NCBI GenBank assembly: GCA_039805565.1
Contig: JBDLTZ010000100.1
Location: forward strand, 3,487 to 67,486
From: Chloroflexota bacterium
GTDB taxonomy: Bacteria > Chloroflexota > Chloroflexia > Chloroflexales > Roseiflexaceae
Reading direction: 5' to 3'
Length of the DNA stretch: 64,000 bases
Part shown: in pieces, positions 7,348 to 14,695 of the stretch
How positions within the stretch are numbered: position 1 is the stretch's first letter
Layout: each line of letters begins with the position of its first letter
Notes under the pieces: model-generated
What the model was told of the DNA's origin: nothing
Seen by the model: only the letters and a program-made list of their open reading frames with translations
The model's database searches: none
Position numbers and translations under genes: made by a program

Positions 7348-9420
7348 TCAGGAGGTCAGGAGCCGCAGCACAGCCGCGAGCGGCTCGCCGACCTTGCGCA
7401 GGTCGTCGGTCATCTTCTTCAGCTCGATGTCCACCCGGTAGAAGCGGTCGCCGGCCTGGCGGCGGAACCGGCGGAAGAAGTGACGCGTTTTGGCAGCGTC
7501 GGAGGCGGCGAGCGCCGCGTCGAGCTTGGCCGCGTCGGCCCGGAGCGCGCTCGTCCAGGTCTCCTCGATGCCTGTGTACAGCGGCGCGGCGAGGTCGCGC
7601 AGGTCCTCCCAGGAGAGCTCGAGCTCGCTGAGGTCGGCGTCGAGCGTGGCCTCGATCCGCCGCATCTCCAGGTCCACCGCCTGCCACGAGTCGTGCTCGC
7701 CCACCAGGGCGCCGAGCCGCACGCTCAGCCCGGCGAGGGCCACCACGCCCATCTCGAACTGGGCGACTTTGTCGGCGTCGAGCCGCAGCGAGGGCAGCCG
7801 CTCGCGCACGCGGGTGAGGCCGTGGGCCAGCGCCCCGAGGCGCAGCGAGCGGGCGGCAGCGTTGAGGCGGGCGTTGACCTGGGCCGGCTGGATGGTGAGC
7901 ACGCGGTTCAGCAGCCGCACGCCCTTCTTCAGCTGGCGCAGATCGAGCGTCTCGATCGCCCCTCCCAGGTCCGCGCGTGCAACCCCCAGATCCCACACCC
8001 AGGCCGTCTCGCCGGTGGCAAGGGTGGCGCGCCCCGCCACGCGCTCGAGCTGGTCCACGATCCCCTGGAGCGTGATCTCGTAGTTGCTCAGGTTCTCCCA
8101 GGCGCCCTCGTCGTCGGGCAGGCGGCGCACCTCCTGGACGATCGGGCTGTAGCAGTGGAACTGGAGCGAGTGCAGCTGATCGTGGATATCCTTGTAGTCC
8201 GCCATCAGCGCGATCTGCTCGCTGGCCGCCAGGAAGTCGGCGCGGAAGGCGATGACGTCCTCGCGCACGTCGTCGGCGGTGGCGATCAGGTCGCCGAGCG
8301 CGACGAGGCCGCTGCCGATCGAGTGGCTGCTCGCCGCCTGCACCGGGGGCGGCGTGGGCAGCAGGGGCGCGGCAGGGGCGGGCGGCTCGAAGAGGCGGCC
8401 GTCGGGGGCGCGGGTGTAGATGACCGGGATCCCCCAGTCGGGCCGGCGCAGCCCGGTGACGTTCATCACGGCGCGACGACCCTCGGTGACGCAGGCGTCG
8501 ATCGGTAGGGCCTCAGCGAGCACACGGTAGAACTCGGCGGCGAAGGCGCGGGTGGCCTCCTCAGGCACCTGGAACTGCATCGCTACCACCGCGGGCACCT
8601 GGGCGCGGATGAGCGCGGGGGCCACGGCGCGGAAGGAGTCGGTGGCGAGCTCGCCGCTGCCGCAGGCGTCGAGGACCACCAGGCGCAGGCCGCTGCGGTT
8701 GAGCATGACGTTGAGCTGGAGCGCGCTCACCGGCTCAGCCTCGCCGAACACATCCTCGAACAGCAGCGTCCCGCCGGCGTCACCTGAGGCACCGTGGCCG
8801 ACGAAGTGCCAGATGTGGAACCCCTCGCGCAGCAGCCGCTGGAGCTTGGCGGTGGTCAGGTGCGGCTCGACGGTCACCTCGACGAGGCCGGGGCGTGTGG
8901 CGAGCGCCTCCTGGACGGCCGCCAGCTCGCGCTCGACCTCGGCTGGCGGCGGGGTCTGCGCGGCGCTGAGCAGCACCTTGAGCGGCAGGGGCGCAGCGAG
9001 CGAGGGGATGCGGTCCTGCTGCGGCAGGTAGCGCACCACCGGGGCGTCGAGCAGCGCGAGCGGCCCCTGGTCCGGGTCGTAGAGGAACTCCCACGGCATG
9101 GCGTGAACGCCGGCCTCGGCGGGGGGGGCGGTGAGGCGGAGGCGCAGCCCCTGGTCCGGGCCGAGGATGCCCTGGCTACGGGTGTACACGTCCTTGGTAG
9201 GCCCGGCGAAGACGGCGAGGAAGAGCTCCCGGCCGATCTGCACGAGCGCCGCCTCATCAGTGTCTAGCCGCCGCAGCCGCCCGAGCAGCACCGCAAAGTC
9301 CTCCCCGCGGGGAAGCGTAAGGTAATCGCTGGCCTCGCCGCCCGGGCCGCGCACCGTAAGGGCGTAGCGTCCGGCGTCGAGCGCGCCGATGGCGATCTCG
9401 AAATCGAGGTACGATTTCAT
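7348..9420 (-). CDS. CHAT-domain (caspase-like) protease fused to an unassigned ~330-aa alpha-helical C-terminal domain
   Basis: A caspase-fold His/Cys dyad is present: WHFVGHG (His209, nt 8794-8796) and VVLDACGSG (Cys253, nt 8662-8664). The N-terminus MKSYLDFEIAIG...YALTV is typical of CHAT proteins. Residues 365-690 have no motif I recognise. Confidence 0.85.
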   Translation of the reverse strand: MKSYLDFEIAIGALDAGRYALTVRGPGGEASDYLTLPRGEDFAVLLGRLRRLDTDEAALVQIGRELFLAVFAGPTKDVYTRSQGILGPDQGLRLRLTAPPAEAGVHAMPWEFLYDPDQGPLALLDAPVVRYLPQQDRIPSLAAPLPLKVLLSAAQTPPPAEVERELAAVQEALATRPGLVEVTVEPHLTTAKLQRLLREGFHIWHFVGHGASGDAGGTLLFEDVFGEAEPVSALQLNVMLNRSGLRLVVLDACGSGELATDSFRAVAPALIRAQVPAVVAMQFQVPEEATRAFAAEFYRVLAEALPIDACVTEGRRAVMNVTGLRRPDWGIPVIYTRAPDGRLFEPPAPAAPLLPTPPPVQAASSHSIGSGLVALGDLIATADDVREDVIAFRADFLAASEQIALMADYKDIHDQLHSLQFHCYSPIVQEVRRLPDDEGAWENLSNYEITLQGIVDQLERVAGRATLATGETAWVWDLGVARADLGGAIETLDLRQLKKGVRLLNRVLTIQPAQVNARLNAAARSLRLGALAHGLTRVRERLPSLRLDADKVAQFEMGVVALAGLSVRLGALVGEHDSWQAVDLEMRRIEATLDADLSELELSWEDLRDLAAPLYTGIEETWTSALRADAAKLDAALAASDAAKTRHFFRRFRRQAGDRFYRVDIELKKMTDDLRKVGEPLAAVLRLLTS

Positions 9421-9459
9421 GCGGTGAGCGTGTCAAGTGAGTGCGGTGATGATACGCTC

Positions 9460-9468
9460 AGTATAGCA
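9460..9468 (-). promoter_or_regulatory. Candidate extended -10 promoter element (TGcTATACT) upstream of the CHAT/STAND operon
   Basis: The reverse complement of 9460-9468 reads TGCTATACT, about 40 nt upstream of the ATG at 9420. The same TGnTATAMT motif recurs upstream of other genes in the window. Confidence 0.4.
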
Positions 9469-9539
9469 TGGTGGTGCGACGAGGTGAAGGGTCGACGAGT
9501 GCTGAGGGCCGAAGACCGTGAGCGCCCTGTAGTGAGTCA

Positions 9540-9567
9540 CCCCCTCTCCCTGTCGTGGGAGAGGGGG
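9540..9567. repeat. REP-like hairpin CCCCCTCTCCC-tgtcgt-GGGAGAGGGGG
   Basis: Perfect 10-11 bp inverted repeat, 10 nt downstream of the stop of the 9577..9984 gene. Related copies lie at 38241-38265 and 60275-60310. Confidence 0.8.
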
Positions 9568-9576
9568 CAGTGGCCG

Positions 9577-9984
9577 CTACTCGTCGTCCGCGTCGCCCAC
9601 GCGCTCGGGGTTGGTGTCGCGGCCGATCAGCCGGTTCCAGAGCTGGTAGTCCACCTCGCTCTTGGGAATATACAGGTTCCCCTCACCGGCCGTCTGGTCG
9701 CCACGGGCCGTGAACTCGCGCAGCTGCGGGTCCTGGAAATCCACGTAGGTGGCGCCCTGCTGGAGCCGCTCGCCGGTAGGCACGATCGGGATGCGCTTCA
9801 GCTCGTCGTCGGTGAAGCCAGGGATCTGGCGGTGCATCCCCTTGTGCTCGTAGGCGTTGCGCGTGCGCTGGTCGGTGCGCTCGCCGTGGTGGCCGATGTT
9901 CTGGCCGGCGCGCGGGTCGGGGTTCAGGTCGCGCCGCCACTCCTCGGGGTGCTGCTCGCCCGGCGTATGCTGTTTCTCGGTCAT
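9577..9984 (-). CDS. Hypothetical protein (135 aa, charged, His-rich N-terminus)
   Basis: Clean ORF with a strong AGGAGG located 6 nt upstream of the ATG at 9984. No family recognised. Confidence 0.6.
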   Translation of the reverse strand: MTEKQHTPGEQHPEEWRRDLNPDPRAGQNIGHHGERTDQRTRNAYEHKGMHRQIPGFTDDELKRIPIVPTGERLQQGATYVDFQDPQLREFTARGDQTAGEGNLYIPKSEVDYQLWNRLIGRDTNPERVGDADDE

Positions 9985-10196
9985 GTGTGTACCTCCTGGA
10001 GCTTACCGGGTTGCAGGAAGCGTGCCCCGAAGGGAGGGGTGGGCCGGCCCGGCACACCCCCCTCTGCCGCCGGCCATGGATATGCTCAACGGTGGTATTG
10101 TATCCACCGCGCCCGCCGGCCCCGAGCCGGGGTGCCTGCCCCGAACACACCTCTGGCCCGCCGGGCGGGCTGATACCGTTCACCAGGAGGCTATCT

Positions 10197-11021
10197 ATGG
10201 CGCTCAACCAACCCTACCCGGACCTCGAGGAGCTACTCGCGTCGATCGGCGAGGCCGGCACGCGCCTGGCGGCGATCAACGCCAGCGAGGGCGGGGCCGG
10301 CAATATCTCGATGTACATCGGCTGGCCTATCGAGGTGCGCCGCCGCTTTCCGATGGCCGAGCCCTTCACCCTGCCGCAGCCCGCCCCCGGCCTGGCCGGT
10401 GGCCTGGTGATCGTCACCGGCTCGGGGCGGCGCCTGCGCGACATCCACACCAGCCCGGACGCCAACCTGGCGGCGGTGGCGATCGGCGAGGGCGGGAGGA
10501 CGGCGCAGCTCTACACCTCGCCGCGCCGCCTGTTCCAGCGCGTCACCAGCGAGTTCAACTCACACCTGGCCGTGCACCAGGACCAGGTGGCGCGCACTGG
10601 CACCAACTTTCTCGCCCTGATCCACGCCCAGCCGCCGCACCTGACCTACCTGAGCCATATCCCGGCCTACCGCGACCAGGCGTTCTTCAACCGGCGGCTC
10701 ATGCGCTGGGAGCCGGAGACGATCCTGAACCTGCCGCAGGGCATCGGCGTGCTGCCGTACTGCCTGCCGGGCTCACCGGCTATGATGGAGGCCAACATCG
10801 CCGGGCTGCGCGAGCACAACGTGGTGCTCTGGAGCAAGCACGGCGTCATGGCGCGCTCGGAGCTCTCGGCCACGCGCGCGGCCGACCGCATCGAGTACGC
10901 GGAGACGGCCGCGCTCTACGAGACGATGGACCTGGCGAACGGGCAGCGCGGCGAGGGGCTGACCGACGACGAGCTGCGCGAGATCGTGCGCGCCTTCGGA
11001 GTGCAGACGACACTGATCTGA
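10197..11021 (+). CDS. Class II aldolase/adducin family protein, rhamnulose-1-phosphate aldolase (RhaD)-like
   Basis: ORF 9987..11021. The ATG at 10197 is preceded by AGGAGG. The 274-aa protein has blocks that look collinear with RhaD as I recall it: GGAGNIS, VIVTGSGRRLRDI..PDANLA, TSEFNSHL, GIGVLPYCLPGS, VVLWSKHGVM, LTDDELREIVRAFGV. Confidence 0.7.
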   Translation: MALNQPYPDLEELLASIGEAGTRLAAINASEGGAGNISMYIGWPIEVRRRFPMAEPFTLPQPAPGLAGGLVIVTGSGRRLRDIHTSPDANLAAVAIGEGGRTAQLYTSPRRLFQRVTSEFNSHLAVHQDQVARTGTNFLALIHAQPPHLTYLSHIPAYRDQAFFNRRLMRWEPETILNLPQGIGVLPYCLPGSPAMMEANIAGLREHNVVLWSKHGVMARSELSATRAADRIEYAETAALYETMDLANGQRGEGLTDDELREIVRAFGVQTTLI

Positions 11022-11142
11022 ACGGCGAATGGACAAGACCGAGGCCCTCTCGGCGGTCGCTGGCGACGGCGGTCAACGCCCCCTCGACATCGAGCGGTCC
11101 GCTCACAGTGCGAAGCTGGTCCGTGTGGCATTCATCGCGTCG

Positions 11143-11345
11143 GGGGGTGCGCCTGGAGATCAGCCGCGACCCGGCGCCTGTTCCAGCCGTTCGTGCAGCT
11201 GGCCCCGCAGCTAGAGCGCGAGCAGGTCGGCACAGGGCTGGGCCCGGTACTGCTGAAGCAGTTGGCCGAGCTCCACGACGGCGGGGTCAGTGCGGTGAGT
11301 GCGACGGGGGCCGGGACCAGCTTCACAGTAACGCTGCCGTGGTGC
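11143..11345 (+). pseudogene. Degenerate fragment of a histidine-kinase HATPase_c domain
   Basis: Split over two frames: GGVRLEISRDPAP.. / ..FQPFVQLAPQLEREQVGTGLGPVLLKQLAELHDGGVSAVSATGAGTSFTVTLPW. This parallels the C-terminus of the downstream kinase (GGAVRLEIT...FQPFVQVEGG...GGVGLGLTLVQRLVDLHGGSVSLESTPGEGSRFSVHLPW), but the G1 box region is missing. Confidence 0.55.
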
Positions 11346-11539
11346 CGGCCGTGCCATACTCCCGTGCACCCCTGTGTGCTGCGTAGGCCATCCGTGACGC
11401 GAGCGTACGTGAGGTGTATGATGTCCACGTGCGGAAAACTCCGGATGGGCAGGCGCCTTCCCGCATGGTATGCTCCTCACATTGGCGCTCGCGCTTGATA
11501 CGCTGTCGCAGCTGTCAGTTACTGTTACAGGACTTGACT

Positions 11540-14065
11540 ATGACAACCGCAGCGATGACCCACGCCGAGCTCGTCGCCGAGGTGGAGCGGCTGCGCGCGC
11601 AGATTCGCTCCCTCGGCGACGAGCCGCACGACGACGCCCCGCCCCTCGGCTCTGACCGGCCACCTGTGCCGCCTGAGCACCTCCTACGCGAGCGCGAGAT
11701 CCAGCTGGCCCTGGCCCTCGACATTGCCGAGCTCGGCACCTGGCGCCACAATCTAGTCACCGGCGCCATCGCGCTCGATGCCCGCACCCGCGCCCAGTAC
11801 GGCATCGTGGCCGACTCGTACACGATCGCCGACGTCCTGGCCCGCATCCACCCCGACGACGTCGCGTACTTCCAGCGCACCCTCGCCGCCGCGCTGGCCT
11901 CGTCGAGCGATGGCCGCTACCTGGCGGAGTACCGGGTCGTCCATCTGGACGACAGCGTGCACTGGCTGACAGTGCGCGGCCAGGTGGTCTTTGACAGCTC
12001 CGGTGACGCCCGACGGCCAGTGTTCCGCTACGGCACGGTTCAGGACATCACCGAGCGCAAGGCGACCGAGGCGGCACTCCAGGAGGCGCGCACCGCTGCG
12101 GAGGAGCACGCCGCGCTGCTCGACACCCTGATCGCCCACGCGCCCGTCGGCATCGCCTTCGTGGACACCGACATGCGCTACCAACACATCAACCGCTACC
12201 TCGCCGCCATCAACGGCCCGCCGCCCGAGGCGCACCTTGGCCGTACCTTCCGCGAGGTGCTTCCAGAACTGGCCCCTCAGCTTGAGGCGTTCTACCAGCG
12301 AACCCTGGGCGGCGGTCAGCCGGTGCTCGACCTCGTGATCAGCGGCGAGACATCGGCCGCTCCGGGCGAGCAGCGCTCGTGGATCGCCAGCTTCTTCCCC
12401 ATCCGCACTGGCGACGGGCGACTACTCGGCGCAGGAACGATCGTCAGCGACATCACCGAGCGCCGGAGTCTGGAGCAGAAGCTGATGGAGGAGCACCGGC
12501 AGCGCGAGAGCATCCTGCAGACGCTCCAGGAAGCGCTGTTCGCTTTCCACGCCGACGGCACCTTCGTGCTGCTCAACGACCTCGCGCGGCAGGCCATCGG
12601 GGGCGCCGAGCCGCCACCCTCGGTTCACGCGCTGGCGGCCGCCCCCGTCACATTCTTCACGGCAGAGGGGCTAGCGCTACCCAGAGAAAAGCTCCCCGCT
12701 CTGCGCGTCCTCCGCGGCGAGACCTTCACCAACACCGAGCTGCGCCTGCAGCATCCAGGGCAAGAGGCGCGCTGGCTGAGCTTCAGCGGCGCGCCGGCCT
12801 ACGATGAGACAGGTCAGCTCGCTCTCGGGGTAGTCACGGCGCACGACATCACGGCACGCAAGCTGGCCCAGGCCGGGCTCCAAGCAAAGGCCGAGGCCCT
12901 CAGCCGCAGCAATGCCGAGCTCGCGCGCGCAGTGCGCTTCAAGGACGAGTTCCTGGCGATGATGAGCCACGAGCTGCGCACGCCGCTCACCCTGGTCCTT
13001 GGCCTGACCGAGATGCTGACGGAGGAGAGCTACGGCCCCATCACCCAGGAGCAGCGCGAGGCGCTGGCGCGCGTGGAGCTCGGTGGGCGCCACTTGCTCG
13101 CCCTGCTCTCCGACATTCTCGACCTGTCGCGCATCGAGGCGGGCGCGGAGCAGCTGGAGATCGAGGATCTGGACATCGATCTGGTGGCCGCCTTCGCCAT
13201 CCACACCGTCCAGCACCGCGCGGCACAGAAGGGGATCCAGCTGTCCCACGCGATAGACCCGGCCGTGGAGACGATCCGCGGCGACGAGCGCAGGCTGCGA
13301 CAGATCCTGGTCAACCTGCTCGACAACGCGGTGAAGTTCACACCAGAGGGCGGCGCGGTGCGGCTAGAGATCACAGCCGATCCAGACCAGGAGCAGGTGC
13401 ACCTGAGCGTGAGCGACACCGGCATCGGCATCGCGCCGGAGGACTTCGACCGTCTCTTCCAGCCCTTCGTGCAGGTAGAGGGCGGGCTGAGGCGCGCGTA
13501 CGGCGGGGTCGGGCTGGGTCTGACGCTGGTGCAGCGGCTGGTGGATCTGCACGGCGGCAGCGTCAGCCTGGAGAGCACGCCGGGCGAGGGGAGCCGCTTC
13601 AGCGTCCACCTGCCCTGGTCGCCGCGTACACACACCGCACCGACGACGCCCGTGCCGCCCCCTGAGGCAGCTGCGTCACTGTCTGGCACGCACGTGGTGG
13701 TGGTGGACGACGACGAGATGGCGCTCGAGCTGTACAGTGACGTGCTGACGCGGGAGGGGTGCGTGGTGTTGACAGCGCGGACCGGTCTGGAGGGGCTGGC
13801 GCGGGTGCGGGAGGCACGGCCAGACGTGGTGGTGCTGGACATCCAGCTGCCGGAGCTCGATGGGCTGGGCGTGCTCCGGCAGCTGCGGGGGGAGGCGGCG
13901 ACGGCGGTGCTGCCGGTGATCGCGCTGACGGCGCTGGCGATGCCGGGCGACCGCGAGCGCTGCCTGGCGGCAGGCGCGACGCACTACCTGACGAAGCCGG
14001 TGGCGCTGCAGACACTGCGCGCGACGGTCGCGGCGTGCGCGCGGGGAGCAGACCAAGCCAGGTGA
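11540..14065 (+). CDS. Hybrid sensor histidine kinase (coiled coil, multiple PAS, HisKA, HATPase_c, receiver)
   Basis: ORF 11414..14065, with ATG 11540 (MTTAAMTHAEL) preferred. It has the H-box MSHELRTPL, N-box LVNLLDNAVKF, G-boxes DTGIGI and GGVGLGL, and a C-terminal receiver (VVVVDDDE...DIQLPELDG...KP). Confidence 0.85.
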   Translation: MTTAAMTHAELVAEVERLRAQIRSLGDEPHDDAPPLGSDRPPVPPEHLLREREIQLALALDIAELGTWRHNLVTGAIALDARTRAQYGIVADSYTIADVLARIHPDDVAYFQRTLAAALASSSDGRYLAEYRVVHLDDSVHWLTVRGQVVFDSSGDARRPVFRYGTVQDITERKATEAALQEARTAAEEHAALLDTLIAHAPVGIAFVDTDMRYQHINRYLAAINGPPPEAHLGRTFREVLPELAPQLEAFYQRTLGGGQPVLDLVISGETSAAPGEQRSWIASFFPIRTGDGRLLGAGTIVSDITERRSLEQKLMEEHRQRESILQTLQEALFAFHADGTFVLLNDLARQAIGGAEPPPSVHALAAAPVTFFTAEGLALPREKLPALRVLRGETFTNTELRLQHPGQEARWLSFSGAPAYDETGQLALGVVTAHDITARKLAQAGLQAKAEALSRSNAELARAVRFKDEFLAMMSHELRTPLTLVLGLTEMLTEESYGPITQEQREALARVELGGRHLLALLSDILDLSRIEAGAEQLEIEDLDIDLVAAFAIHTVQHRAAQKGIQLSHAIDPAVETIRGDERRLRQILVNLLDNAVKFTPEGGAVRLEITADPDQEQVHLSVSDTGIGIAPEDFDRLFQPFVQVEGGLRRAYGGVGLGLTLVQRLVDLHGGSVSLESTPGEGSRFSVHLPWSPRTHTAPTTPVPPPEAAASLSGTHVVVVDDDEMALELYSDVLTREGCVVLTARTGLEGLARVREARPDVVVLDIQLPELDGLGVLRQLRGEAATAVLPVIALTALAMPGDRERCLAAGATHYLTKPVALQTLRATVAACARGADQAR

Positions 14066-14415
14066 CGAGCCAGCGCTTCGCCCCCATTTGAAAAGGTCAC
14101 TATCCTTGCACTTTTTACCAGCGCCACGCGGCTAACTGGCAGAACAGCGTCGCCGTGGTTTGGCCAGCACGGATGCGCACGCTGGTGGTCACCGTATGCA
14201 CCCGGACCGTCCGTCCCGAGCCCTCCTGGGGGCCAGTCAACCGGTTGATAGTCGGCGTCGGTCAGGCCAGCGGCATGGCTGGTGAGATCAACCCAGAGCC
14301 AGTCCTGTTCAGCGTCTGGGTCAGCAACGCGGATGGCGCGATTGCCGCGCAACCCGGTCGTGATGTGGTCCAGTCTGATCACGAATTCCCAATTCTGTCG
14401 CCTCAGCTGTGCCAC
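13984..14415 (-). CDS. Hypothetical ORF downstream of an RHS-core fragment (doubtful)
   Basis: The ORF starts 12 nt after the stop of the RHS fragment frame, but its 3' end overlaps the kinase gene by about 80 nt. No family recognised. Confidence 0.25.
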   Translation of the reverse strand: MAQLRRQNWEFVIRLDHITTGLRGNRAIRVADPDAEQDWLWVDLTSHAAGLTDADYQPVDWPPGGLGTDGPGAYGDHQRAHPCWPNHGDAVLPVSRVALVKSARIVTFSNGGEALARHLAWSAPRAHAATVARSVCSATGFVR

Positions 14416-14427
14416 GATAGACCTCGA

Positions 14428-14661
14428 CTAGCTCATGACCGTGTGCAGCTGCACGCACAGCCGTCCCAGCACCCGTCGCAAATGGAACAGCAGCGCCACC
14501 AACATCCGCTTGAGATCCTGCGGGTTTGCTGGCCCACCATCACACGTCGTCCATGCACTTGTCGCGACCGAATCATTCGGCGCGATCGTGAGCGGCCCTG
14601 AGCCAGGCACGATGGTATCTGCGGAGATGAAGCGGCCGAGGGCCGGATCGTAGTAGCGGGC
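14428..14661 (-). pseudogene. Orphan fragment of an RHS/YD-repeat core C-terminus
   Basis: The minus-strand translation ARYYDPALGRFISADTIVPG....GGPANPQDLKRM carries the RHS-core signature (RYYDPxxGRFxSxD ... NPQxLNRY). It then diverges and stops after about 20 codons. No upstream YD repeats and no toxin tip are present. Confidence 0.6.
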
Positions 14662-14695
14662 ATTATTAGGACAGCAGGGGCGATTTGAGCCGTTC

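Noticed and set aside
3565-8508. Long plus-strand ORFs (3565..5403, 4646..5674, 5863..7029, 7480..8508) opposite the STAND and CHAT genes.
   Set aside because: These are antisense shadow ORFs typical of GC-rich DNA. Their translations are Arg/Ala/Gly/Pro-rich low complexity with no motifs, whereas the minus-strand proteins carry clear domains.
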